A DNA stretch of 64,000 bases from an uncultured delta proteobacterium (GTDB lineage: Bacteria; Myxococcota_A; Polyangia; Fen-1088): contig CAVYGB010000008.1 of the NCBI GenBank assembly GCA_963767925.1, forward strand, positions 512,001 through 576,000, read 5' to 3'. Below are positions 9,199 to 18,359 of this stretch, one piece after another. Numbering within the stretch: the stretch's first letter is position 1; the number at the start of each line of letters is the position of its first letter. Under the pieces are notes generated by a model. That model ran no database searches. It was not told where the DNA came from and worked only from the letters and a program-made list of their open reading frames with translations. Position numbers and translations under genes: made by a program.

Positions 9199-10443
9199 GT
9201 GACTGCGTCCGCGATGTTGGACCTTCAAGCCGCCGTCCGGGCCCTCATCCGGAGCGAATCGGTGCCGATCCAGCCCTACCCCGGGGTGGCGATGCGGCTG
9301 CAGAAGCTGGTGTCCAGCGGCAACTACGGCACCCGCGAGCTGGCCACCATCGCCGCCGGCGAGCCGGTGGTGGTCTCCCGGCTGTTCCTGTGTGCCAACG
9401 GCGCGGCCTTCGCCAGCTCGGGGGAGGCCAAATCGCTGGCCGAGGCGATCACCCGCCTGGGCGGCCAGGAGGTGGTGCGGATCGCCATCGCCGCCTGCCT
9501 GGGCGTGCAGAACGCCCGCCCCGGCCCCCTGGCCTCGGTCCGCGCCCGGATCTGGCAGGAGGCCATCACGGGCGCCTTGATCGCCGCGCAGATCGGCCAC
9601 GCCCGGCGGGTCAGCGCCGACGAGGCCTTCCTGTGTGGGCTGCTCCACGACATCGGGCGGGTGGTGGCGGTCTCCTGCCTGGAGGTCGTGCTGGCCCGCC
9701 ACGGGGACCGGCGGCTGCTGTCGGAGGACGAGTGGCTGGCCGAGATCGAGCCGCTGAAGACCGAGATGGGCGTCCTGGTGGCCACCCACTGGAAGCTCCC
9801 CGACGTGGTGAAGGCGGCGATCTCCGATCACCGGGCGGCGCCCGAGGCCGGCCCCCACGGCGTCATGGCGACAATCATCCGCACCTCCGACGAGGTCGTC
9901 CGGCTCCTGATGTCCGAGGCGCACGTGACCGACAGCGCCCTGCTGGCCATCCCCACCATGAACCGGGCCGAGGCCACCTTGCTGCTGGGGGTCATCCCCT
10001 CGATCGGGCCGCTGGTGGCGGGCCTCACCGACAAGCCACCCTCCTCGGGCGTCTCGGGCACGTTTGCCATCCCCTCCCAGGTGGTCAAGCCGGCCCAGCC
10101 TGCCCCGGAGGCGGCCCCCCCGGAGGAGAGCGACATCCCGGTCACTCTGTTCAAGGGACGCCAGCCCTTGCCCGGCCGCTGCAACCAGATGTTCAACCGT
10201 TCGTTCAGCGTCGCCGTCGCCCAGCCGGTCGAGGAGAACTACCTGGTCAAGGTGGTGTTCGCCCAGCCCGGGGAGGTCGCCTTCGAGGTCCACGCCCGGG
10301 TGCTGTCCTGCACGCCCGGACCGCGGGGCTTCCAGGTCCAGGCCGCCCTGTTCGCGCTGGCCGGACCGGGCAAGGAGCGCTGGAACGCCCTCCTCAAGTC
10401 GGTCACCGCCGCCCCGCCGTCCCGCCGCCCCGATCCGCAGTAG
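9199..10443 (+). CDS. HDOD domain protein with C-terminal PilZ-like beta domain
   Basis: PYPGVAMRLQ, AITRLG, EAFLCGLLHDIG, HWKLP; C-terminal ~95 aa with PilZ-like strand pattern; start GTG 9199 or ATG 9214. Confidence 0.8.
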   Translation: MTASAMLDLQAAVRALIRSESVPIQPYPGVAMRLQKLVSSGNYGTRELATIAAGEPVVVSRLFLCANGAAFASSGEAKSLAEAITRLGGQEVVRIAIAACLGVQNARPGPLASVRARIWQEAITGALIAAQIGHARRVSADEAFLCGLLHDIGRVVAVSCLEVVLARHGDRRLLSEDEWLAEIEPLKTEMGVLVATHWKLPDVVKAAISDHRAAPEAGPHGVMATIIRTSDEVVRLLMSEAHVTDSALLAIPTMNRAEATLLLGVIPSIGPLVAGLTDKPPSSGVSGTFAIPSQVVKPAQPAPEAAPPEESDIPVTLFKGRQPLPGRCNQMFNRSFSVAVAQPVEENYLVKVVFAQPGEVAFEVHARVLSCTPGPRGFQVQAALFALAGPGKERWNALLKSVTAAPPSRRPDPQ

Positions 10444-10477
10444 CCCGGGTGGCGCCGCCCCCGGCCCCTCGGGGGTT

Positions 10478-10504
10478 TCAAGTTCTCGGCGGGGGAGTCG
10501 ATGG
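10478..10504 (+). promoter_or_regulatory. Putative sigma28 promoter
   Basis: TCAAG-N14-GTCGATGG, nearly identical to the motif before ATPase paralog 1. Confidence 0.6.
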
Positions 10505-11646
10505 CTGAAGCGATGAGCTCTGCAAAGTCGAGCCAGGCCCGGCCGCCGGCCTCGCGGATCGTGAGCGTGGGCGGGGGCAAAGGCGGCGTCGGCAAGAGCC
10601 TGCTCGCGACGAACCTCTCGGTGGCGCTGGCGCAGGCTGGATACCAGGTGGTCCTGTGCGACCTCGATCTCGGCGCGGCGAACCTGCATCTGATGATGGG
10701 GGTGGATCAGCCGCGGGCCGGCATCGCCGCGCTGCTGACCGGTCGGGGATCGCTGGAGGATGCCGTCACCGAGACCGAGGTGCCCCGGCTGCGGTTGCTG
10801 GCCGGGACCGGCGGCACCATCTCGGCGGCCAACATCTCCCACAGCCAGAAGCTGCGGATCATCCGCAAGCTGCGCAGCCTGCGCAGCGACTTCGTCGTGA
10901 TCGATTGCGGGGCCGGTGTGGGCTACAACGTGCTCGACTTCTTCGAGCTCGGGCAGCAGCGGATCGTCGTGGCGACGCCCCAGGTGACCTCGGTGCACGA
11001 CGCCTACGCCTTCCTCAAGGGCGCCGTCCTGCGCACCTTGCGGCACCACGCGACCCGCGCCTCGGAGGTGGCCCTGCTCGACCGGGCCGTCTCGAGCAGG
11101 GAGCGGGAGAAGGTGAAGGACCTGCTGCTGCAGATCGGGGAGCAGGACCGGGCCTTCGGGGCCAAGGTGGAGCGGATCCTCAAGCAGTTCGGGGCCTACC
11201 TGGTTGTCAACCAGCTCGAGCACGCCGGTCAGATGCGGATCTTCCAGGCGGTCTCGCGCATGGTGGAGGACTTCCTGGGGATCGCCCTGCCGATCCTCGG
11301 CTGCGTGCCCCAGAGCGGCCTGCTGGCCGAGTCGGTCAACGACCGGCAGCCCCTGCTGGCCCGTTTCCCCGCCGGTGAGGTCGACGCGGCCCGGGCCTTC
11401 TGCGCCATGGTCGAGGCGGTGGCGGCGGGAGACCTGGCGCCCGAGGAGGAGCTGCTGCTCGAGCTCATCGAGACCGGCACCGTCGATCCTCCGGTCACCC
11501 CTGGCGAGCCCGCCCTGCTCGAGCTGGGGGCGTTCTGGTCGGACGGGATCCCGGCCTCCGAGGAGGAGGACGTGCCCATCGACATGGACGAGCCCTCGGG
11601 CCTTTTCGTCCGCCCGCCCGACGCCAGCCTCGTGTCGACCGAGTGA
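10501..11646 (+). CDS. MinD/FlhG/ParA-family ATPase, paralog 2, acidic C-terminal tail
   Basis: GGKGGVGKS, DLDLGAANLH, IDCGAG; closely similar to 7766-9130; true start may be ATG 10513. Confidence 0.88.
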   Translation: MAEAMSSAKSSQARPPASRIVSVGGGKGGVGKSLLATNLSVALAQAGYQVVLCDLDLGAANLHLMMGVDQPRAGIAALLTGRGSLEDAVTETEVPRLRLLAGTGGTISAANISHSQKLRIIRKLRSLRSDFVVIDCGAGVGYNVLDFFELGQQRIVVATPQVTSVHDAYAFLKGAVLRTLRHHATRASEVALLDRAVSSREREKVKDLLLQIGEQDRAFGAKVERILKQFGAYLVVNQLEHAGQMRIFQAVSRMVEDFLGIALPILGCVPQSGLLAESVNDRQPLLARFPAGEVDAARAFCAMVEAVAAGDLAPEEELLLELIETGTVDPPVTPGEPALLELGAFWSDGIPASEEEDVPIDMDEPSGLFVRPPDASLVSTE

Positions 11647-11656
11647 GGCCAGCGCA

Positions 11657-12304
11657 CTAGCGGCCGGGGTCGGCCTCTGGCTCGCCGCCCAGCTCCCGCA
11701 CGCCTTCCTGGTAGGCCTCGTTGATCTCGGCCATCCGGGCGCCGCTGCCGCCCCGATCGGGGTGGTAGCGGGCGGCCAGGGCCCGGCGCTGCAGGCGGAT
11801 CAGCTCGAGCAGGGCGGGGCGGTCGCGAAACCCAAGCACCTCCCACCAGGGCGGCCGCTCGCGGGGCAGGGGGGCGATGCGGAACCCCACCAGCATCTGG
11901 GCCAGGTCGGCCACGCCCCAGCGGAGCTGGCCCTGCACCGCCTCGAGGTGCTTGGCCACCGCGGCCAGGTTGTCCGCCACCCGATCCCAGGTGTCGCAGC
12001 AGACGCAGTGGGGTGCCCCCTCGAGATCGAAGTAGACCGCGACGCCCGGATCCTCCGGCTGCTTGCTGTCCGGACGGGTCAGGGTGGGGGCGGCGGGCGC
12101 GTTGCTGCTGAGCACCAGGTTCCGGGTGGCCAGCTTGTCGAGCTGCGAGCGGACCCGGCCGGTGGCCACCGCCAGGGAGACCGGGGTGCCCGACTCCGAA
12201 AACGGCGTGCGCCGGCGGCGGCTGCGCGGCGTGCGCGGCCGGCCGGCGGGCCAGCACAGGGGGTGCGGCGTTGGCCGTCCGGGGGGCGACGCGCCCGGCG
12301 GCAT
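11657..12304 (-). CDS. J-domain (DnaJ-like) protein of the phage-associated type
   Basis: PLCWPAGRPRT, DPGVAVYF, CD.WDRVADNL, RWGV; C-terminal WWEVLG...YHPDRGG...MAEINEAY; ATG overlaps upstream TGA. Confidence 0.8.
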   Translation of the reverse strand: MPPGASPPGRPTPHPLCWPAGRPRTPRSRRRRTPFSESGTPVSLAVATGRVRSQLDKLATRNLVLSSNAPAAPTLTRPDSKQPEDPGVAVYFDLEGAPHCVCCDTWDRVADNLAAVAKHLEAVQGQLRWGVADLAQMLVGFRIAPLPRERPPWWEVLGFRDRPALLELIRLQRRALAARYHPDRGGSGARMAEINEAYQEGVRELGGEPEADPGR

Positions 12305-14331
12305 CACGGCGCCGCGACGGGCGCGCGGTCCGCGGGCGCCGGGGTCGGTGCGGGCGGCGCCATGGCCGCCCCGAAGCAGGCGTTCCAGGAGAGCACCCGC
12401 TGCGGGGGCACCCCCGCCCGGTCGAGCAGGGCGAGGGCCTCGGCGTACTCCACCCAGGGCAGCACCAGGAAGACCTGGTCCGGGCGGGCCCGGACGTTCT
12501 CCTCGTCGAGGGCCGCCACCGGGTGGCCGAGGAAGGTCTGCCCGATGCGGTTGGAGCGGCTGTCGAGCACGCCGGTGAGGCGCAGGCCCGCCAGATCGAT
12601 GTCCTCCGCGTACAGCCCGAAATAGCGGTCCATGGCCGGCAGGACGACGACCTCCTGCTGGGTGGCGCGCAGGCGATCGAGCTCCGCCTGGAACCCGGCG
12701 TAGATCGCGCCCACGTGGGGGATGGCCCGGGCCAGCAGGTGGTGCTTCTCCCGGCAGGTCAGGCAGACGATGTTGAGCCCGGACAGGCCGATCGGGCTGC
12801 GCAGGGCGGGCGGGCCGCCGCTGGCCGTCTCGGGCGGGTAGGGGATGTCGACGTCGTGATCCCGGTGTCCGCAGCGGGGGCAGCGCAGGGTCATCCGGGA
12901 GCTGGTCGGCGAGAGGGGGCGCCCGGCCTCGACCAGGGTGAGCTGCTTGCGGTGGTTGCGGTCGTTGCGCTCGCGCAGCTCGAGGTACAGCTCCCGGTAG
13001 CGGGCGTCGGACAGCTCGGTCATGTTGACCATGTCGCGCCACAGGTAGCGGGACACGTCGCCCATGCTGCGCAGGAAGGCCTCCCGGTCGGGGATGAGGC
13101 CGGTCTTCTCGGCGTGGGCGTAGACCTGGGTGCCGGGGTAGGGGATGACCGCCGACCAGTCCACGAAGTAGAGGTGATGTTCGTCCTGGAAGCGGAGGGA
13201 CTCGGCCAGGGTCTCCTCGTTCTCGGCGGGGTCCCCGAAGAGGAAGTTGGCCTGGATGCCGATGCGCGCCTCCCGGGTCATCGCCACCGCGTCGGCGATC
13301 TGACCGGCGCTGATCTTCTTTTGCATGCTGTCGAGGACGAGGTTGCTGCCGCTCTCGAAGCCGTAGGAGATGTGGATGCAGCCGGCGTCTTTCATCAGCC
13401 GGAGCAGGGCCTGGTCGAGCTGGTCGACCCGGAGCTGGCAATACCAGGTGATGCCCAGGGGCTTGACCCGCTCGCAGAACTCGGCGATCCGCTTCTTGTT
13501 GGCCGAGAACAGCTCGTCGTAGATCATGAAGTAGCGCACGCCGAAGCGGGCCAGGCAGGCCTCGATGTGCCCCACCACGTTCTCGATCGAGTGGCGTTTG
13601 TAGGCCCCCATGCCGGCGTGGTAGCAGAACGTGCAGCGGAAGGGGCAGGAGCGGCTGGCGGTGATGGGGATGTGGCGGGCGCCCGAGAGCAGGGTCTCGT
13701 GGTAGGAGAAGCGCTGCTCGGACTGGATGTCGAGGTACGACTCCATCCCGAACAGGTCGAGGTCGGGGTGGGCCAGCTCGTCGAGCGCCTCCACGGTCTT
13801 GCCCTCGCCGCTGTAGACCGGGGCCCCTTCCCGCCAGCCCCAGACGCCGGCCACCTGGTCGGCGCCCTGGCCCGCGCCGATGGCGGCCAGCAGCTCGGAG
13901 AAGATCACTTCGCCTTCGCCCACCACCATGAACTCCGGGCGCACGGCGCGCATCACCAGCTCGCTCTCGCAGGAGGTGATGCCCCCACCCAGCACGACCG
14001 GCGCCGGGGTCCGCGCGCGCACGAAGGCCACGATCTTCTCGATCTCGGCGAAGGCGATGGTCAGGCCGCCCACCCCCACCACGTCGATGGCCTCCTCTCG
14101 CAGGAGCCGGTCCAGCTCGGCGTAGCGCTCGCTGGGGCCGTGGTTGTTCATGTTCAGCGGGACCACCTGGTGGCCATCCCGGCGGATGTGGGCCGAGAGG
14201 TAGGAGAGCCCGATGGGGAAATAGAGGGTGTTTCGCCCGGCGGCGTAGCTCGGCGAGATCAGCAGCACCCGCAGGGGGCGGGTGGCCGCCGGCGGGCGCG
14301 GCCGCTTACCAAGTGACAGGAGCGAGGTCAC
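12304..14331 (-). CDS. Cobalamin-binding radical SAM protein with C-terminal CxxC...CxxC extension
   Basis: N-terminal FPIGLSYL..., VLGG, VVGEGE B12-binding domain; SRSCPFRCTFC; GFESGS; PYPGT; CPRC and CLTC. Confidence 0.88.
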   Translation of the reverse strand: MTSLLSLGKRPRPPAATRPLRVLLISPSYAAGRNTLYFPIGLSYLSAHIRRDGHQVVPLNMNNHGPSERYAELDRLLREEAIDVVGVGGLTIAFAEIEKIVAFVRARTPAPVVLGGGITSCESELVMRAVRPEFMVVGEGEVIFSELLAAIGAGQGADQVAGVWGWREGAPVYSGEGKTVEALDELAHPDLDLFGMESYLDIQSEQRFSYHETLLSGARHIPITASRSCPFRCTFCYHAGMGAYKRHSIENVVGHIEACLARFGVRYFMIYDELFSANKKRIAEFCERVKPLGITWYCQLRVDQLDQALLRLMKDAGCIHISYGFESGSNLVLDSMQKKISAGQIADAVAMTREARIGIQANFLFGDPAENEETLAESLRFQDEHHLYFVDWSAVIPYPGTQVYAHAEKTGLIPDREAFLRSMGDVSRYLWRDMVNMTELSDARYRELYLELRERNDRNHRKQLTLVEAGRPLSPTSSRMTLRCPRCGHRDHDVDIPYPPETASGGPPALRSPIGLSGLNIVCLTCREKHHLLARAIPHVGAIYAGFQAELDRLRATQQEVVVLPAMDRYFGLYAEDIDLAGLRLTGVLDSRSNRIGQTFLGHPVAALDEENVRARPDQVFLVLPWVEYAEALALLDRAGVPPQRVLSWNACFGAAMAPPAPTPAPADRAPVAAP

Positions 14332-15673
14332 GCGCGATCTCCGTGCTGTGGGTGGTCCGGCTGGGGCCCTGGATCAGGTCGAGCACGCCAGGCAGGTAGC
14401 GCTCGATGTGCAGCTGCCGCTGGGCGACCCGCACCCGCTCCTGCAGGGCGGGATAGTCCTGGGCCTCGAGGCGCCGGTCGAGGTCGGACAGGTCGGACTG
14501 GCCCAGCACCAGCCCGATCCCATGCTCGCGCACGATGGTGGCCATGTACGCCAGCTCCTCGCTCACCAGCACCGGCAGCCCGGCGGCCAGGTAGGCGAAC
14601 AGCTTGCTGGCCAGGGCGCCGCGCAGGTGGTCCTTACCGACCGCCAGGTCGGAGGGAAAGGGGTAGAGCAGCAGGCCGAAGTCGAAGCGGCCGTGCAGCT
14701 CGGCCAGCAGGCGGGCCTGGGGCATCCAGCTCCGCAAGGAGAAGCGGGGCGCCTCGGCGGCGAGGGTCTGGTAATCGCCGAAGAAGTCCTGGAACAGCTC
14801 CGGTGTCTTGCAGTAGGAGGGGTAGGCGGTGATGAAGAGGCCTCGATCGAGCAGCCGGCGGAACAGGGGGACACACTGCAGGTCGCCGAAGATGCGGGGG
14901 GCGGTGGTCCGGCTGCGGAGCTGGCCGGCGTGCACCAGGTGCCAGCCCTGGCGCTGGCGGGGGACCGGGGGCCGCATCCAGGCGGCGGGGGGGCAGGGCA
15001 GGAGCTGGGCGGAGGGGACCGTGGCCTGGGCCAGGCGAGCCCGCATCGGCTCGCCCCCGTCCTTGTAGATGAAGCCGGCGGTCGACCGGCGCAGGTAGCG
15101 CTCCGAGGCGCGCATGAGGGCGATCTCGTCGGCGGTGAACACGCCGGCCTCGACGAAGGCCGACTCCGCCGCGGGGTCGATGAACGACTCCATCCAGTCG
15201 TAGACCTCCTGGACCAGGCGAAGCTCCGGGCGGAGGGCGTGGATGAGCTGGCTCAGGAAGGACTGCTTGGCGTGCGCTTGCAGGTAGATCGGCACCGGGG
15301 CCAGCCGGAGCACCAGCTCGGACAGGGCCCAGAAGGAGCCCTGGCAGGAGAAGCTTTCGGTGAAGGTGTCGGCGGGCGCTGGCGAGAACAGGTAGACCCC
15401 GAAGACGGCGTAGCCCCGTTCGCGCAGGGCGTGGGCCACGTATTCGATGGTGGGGAAGTTGCTGCGGTGGGGGGCCACGAAGACCACCGCCCGGGGCGCC
15501 GCCGCGATGCGGGCGGCCAGCGCGCGGATCTCGGGGATCCGCTCGGGCGCGAAGCCCCAGGAGCGGCCCACGACGGCCGCGATGCGGGCGGCCGTGTCGG
15601 CGTCGGCCACGGCGTGCAGGGGGATGAGCGAGGCGCGCTCGATGAGCGCGGGACCTCGGGACCGATCAGGCAA
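14306..15673 (-). CDS. Putative glycosyltransferase (GT-B, GT4-like C-terminus)
   Basis: ASKLFAYLAAGLPVLVS motif; RBS GAGGAG before TTG 15673. Confidence 0.65.
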   Translation of the reverse strand: MPDRSRGPALIERASLIPLHAVADADTAARIAAVVGRSWGFAPERIPEIRALAARIAAAPRAVVFVAPHRSNFPTIEYVAHALRERGYAVFGVYLFSPAPADTFTESFSCQGSFWALSELVLRLAPVPIYLQAHAKQSFLSQLIHALRPELRLVQEVYDWMESFIDPAAESAFVEAGVFTADEIALMRASERYLRRSTAGFIYKDGGEPMRARLAQATVPSAQLLPCPPAAWMRPPVPRQRQGWHLVHAGQLRSRTTAPRIFGDLQCVPLFRRLLDRGLFITAYPSYCKTPELFQDFFGDYQTLAAEAPRFSLRSWMPQARLLAELHGRFDFGLLLYPFPSDLAVGKDHLRGALASKLFAYLAAGLPVLVSEELAYMATIVREHGIGLVLGQSDLSDLDRRLEAQDYPALQERVRVAQRQLHIERYLPGVLDLIQGPSRTTHSTEIARDLAPVTW

Positions 15674-18359
15674 GGGAAGCTCCTCTTTTTTCGGGGGTCG
15701 AGAGCGCGCGGCGCAGGTGCTCGAGCAGGCTCTCGGCCCGGTTGCGGTAGGTGTGCTGGGCGCGGATGCGGGCCTGGGCGGCGGCGATGGTGGCCCGGCG
15801 CCAGGGCTCGTCCTGCAGGGCCCGGCGGATGAGGGCGACCATGTCGGCCTCGCCGTCGAACAGGTGCAGCTCGCGGCCGATGGCGAACTGGTCGGCGGTC
15901 TCGCCCGGGAAGTCGTCGGCGGCGTCGCGCCGGGCGATGACGAACCCGCCGGCGGAGAACCCCTCGAGGACCCGGGGGTGCATGTTGCACCCCCGGTTGA
16001 TGTGCAGGACCACCTTGTGGCTGCGCAGGACCTCGCGCAGCGGTTCGCCCGCCGAGACCACCCCCCGGGCGTGGCCGCGAAAGCGGACCAGCTCATGCCA
16101 CCCCAGCCCGTACAGGGCCAGGGGCAGGCCGGCCCGCAGGACGGCGTCGGCCACCCGGATCCGGTCCTGGCTGCGCGCCACCATCAGGGCCCAGAATAGG
16201 AGCTCGTCCCAGCGCTCGACGGTGAGCGGCCCCAGGCGGGGGCGGGCCTCGGCCAGGATGGGCTCGAGCTGGACGCGGGAAAGAGGGATCTCCGCCTCAC
16301 GGTCCAGCCGTTCGGTGAACCAGCCGCGCAGGCCACGCGCGAAGTCGGGCTCGGCCGGCTCGACGACGTTGGTGGCGTACACCACCTCGTCGCGGCAGCG
16401 CTCCGGGATCTCGCCGCCCACCCACTCCGAGCGGACGGCGAAGGGCAGGTGGGCCACCCGGGGATACCCCAGGGTCCGGTAGAGCTCCTGGACCGGGGTG
16501 CTGAAGCCGAAGGCCAGGTCGTGGCTCCCGATCTTGCGGATGCGGGCGGGATCGCGGAGGTGCGGCAGCTCGTCCTGGATCCAGGTGACGACCGGCAGGT
16601 GGTCGGGGAGGGCAAAGCCGAGGTCGGGGCGGAGGTAGTTGACCAGGCCGACGAAGTCGACCTCCCGCTCGAGCAGGCGGTTGGCCAGCGTCTGGTGGTG
16701 GAGGATGCGTCCCGGCGCCTCCTCTTCGAGCACCAGGCACTCGTGGCCCAGCTCGCGCAGCCCGGCCGCCAGGTCGCCGACGACGTGCCGGACGACGCTC
16801 GTGTAGAGGGAGGTGAGCCAGGCGATGCGCAGGGGCCGCCGAACCCGCCCCTCGAGCACGGCGACGGTCTGCTCGGCGTGGCGGCCGTCGTATCTCGATT
16901 CGAGCTGCTCGACCGCCAGCGCCAGGTTGCGCATGCGTCCGACTTCGACCGCCTCGAGCTGGCTCGACAGGCTCGGATCGACGCCGGCGCGGACGGCGGG
17001 GATGGCGTGGTCGGGCCGCTCTCGCAGGAAGGCGACGAGCTCCTCGCCGGCCCGGAGCCCCAGGAAGAGGTGGGTCCGGTCAGGGACCAGCCAGCTCGAG
17101 AAGTCGACCGTCTCCAGCAACACGGCCAGGGCGGCCGGGTCGGGCTCGACAAGGTAGGCCAGCCGGCACCAGTTGGGCTGGGCGACCGTCACCTCGGTCG
17201 ACAGCAGGATCTCCGCGGCGGCGGCGGCGGCGGTCCAGGCGCCGACGCAGACGTGGGCCAGGCTGGCCTGCGTCGGGCTCATCACCGCCCGGTGCACCTC
17301 GTCGGGATCGGGGAGGGGATTGACCTCCCGGAGCAGGGGCCCCTCGATCCTGAGGAGCAGCAGGTAGGGGGCGCGTTGCAAGGTGACGCTGTCTGCCCGG
17401 TACTCCAGCCGCCAGGGCAGGTCGGGCAACTGCACGACGGTGGGGCGGTCGGAGCCGATCTTCTCCAGCCGGGCCGCTACCTCGGGAAAGCCGGCCCGCA
17501 GGGCAGTCAAATTGCGGCCCCAGATCCCCCGGCGCAGGCCCCGCTGCTTGCGCTGTTCAAGCTGGAGATCGCGGGCCAGCTTGCGCCGGAAGCTGTCGGG
17601 GAAGACCGGCTGCTTGCACCAGCGCTCCACCTGGTCGAAGGCCTGCAGGTCGGCCCAGCACTCCAGGATCTTCCAGGCCACGTCGGTCGCCCGCCGCTCG
17701 TGGTGGAGGAACCAGTAGAACTTGAGGGCGTGGTAGCGCTGGCCGGCCTCGAACAGGAAGTCGGCGATGGTGCGCAGGGCAGCGGGGGGGAGCAGATCGC
17801 CGGCGGCCAGCAGGGCCAGGAAGCGCGCCGAGAAGCCGCTGCACAGGTCACGCACCGCCAGCCGGGCGAGCGCCAGGCCCGGGGCGGGGCGGGCGGGCGT
17901 GTCGACGCCCGCCTCGACGACGAGGGCGTCGCCAGGGGCCACCCCGTTGGCGATGAGGAACTGCCAGAGCTCGAGGTAGACCTTGAGGGCCAGGGCGGGC
18001 GAGGGCGTGTCGGGGAGCTCGGCGACCTTGCAGCGCTCGAGCAGCGCGGGGCCCAGGCGGCTCTCCATGGCCTGGACGACCAGGCTCCGGGCGGCGGCCG
18101 GGTCGGGCTCGATCACCAGCACCTGGCTCAAGGAGGGGAGGCGATCGAAGGCGCCGGCCAGGACCTCGGGGCCGGCCGCTCCCACCAGCACCAGGACCCG
18201 CACGTTGTCCGGGGGCGCGCTGGAGAACCGGATGGCTCCGTCGAGGATCGCCGCCGCTTCCGCCTCGGACTGCGGCGGGCGTCCTCCGGGGAGCTCGCCC
18301 GGCTCCCAGGCGCTGTCGACGCCGCCGCTGGCCGGGTGCCCGGGATCGTCGGGGATCAC
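15666..18359 (-). CDS. Large glycosyltransferase (Maf-N-like modules + CgeB/Glyco_trans_1_2-like C-terminus), paralog B
   Basis: WGRNLTALRAGFP, LVEPD; C-terminal LYGLGW...KVVLHIN...HPRVLEGFSAGGF; GTG overlaps upstream stop. Confidence 0.75.
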   Translation of the reverse strand: MIPDDPGHPASGGVDSAWEPGELPGGRPPQSEAEAAAILDGAIRFSSAPPDNVRVLVLVGAAGPEVLAGAFDRLPSLSQVLVIEPDPAAARSLVVQAMESRLGPALLERCKVAELPDTPSPALALKVYLELWQFLIANGVAPGDALVVEAGVDTPARPAPGLALARLAVRDLCSGFSARFLALLAAGDLLPPAALRTIADFLFEAGQRYHALKFYWFLHHERRATDVAWKILECWADLQAFDQVERWCKQPVFPDSFRRKLARDLQLEQRKQRGLRRGIWGRNLTALRAGFPEVAARLEKIGSDRPTVVQLPDLPWRLEYRADSVTLQRAPYLLLLRIEGPLLREVNPLPDPDEVHRAVMSPTQASLAHVCVGAWTAAAAAAEILLSTEVTVAQPNWCRLAYLVEPDPAALAVLLETVDFSSWLVPDRTHLFLGLRAGEELVAFLRERPDHAIPAVRAGVDPSLSSQLEAVEVGRMRNLALAVEQLESRYDGRHAEQTVAVLEGRVRRPLRIAWLTSLYTSVVRHVVGDLAAGLRELGHECLVLEEEAPGRILHHQTLANRLLEREVDFVGLVNYLRPDLGFALPDHLPVVTWIQDELPHLRDPARIRKIGSHDLAFGFSTPVQELYRTLGYPRVAHLPFAVRSEWVGGEIPERCRDEVVYATNVVEPAEPDFARGLRGWFTERLDREAEIPLSRVQLEPILAEARPRLGPLTVERWDELLFWALMVARSQDRIRVADAVLRAGLPLALYGLGWHELVRFRGHARGVVSAGEPLREVLRSHKVVLHINRGCNMHPRVLEGFSAGGFVIARRDAADDFPGETADQFAIGRELHLFDGEADMVALIRRALQDEPWRRATIAAAQARIRAQHTYRNRAESLLEHLRRALSTPEKRGASLA

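Noticed and set aside
11657..12304. Prophage
   Set aside because: Single phage-like gene; no integrase, structural genes or att repeats seen
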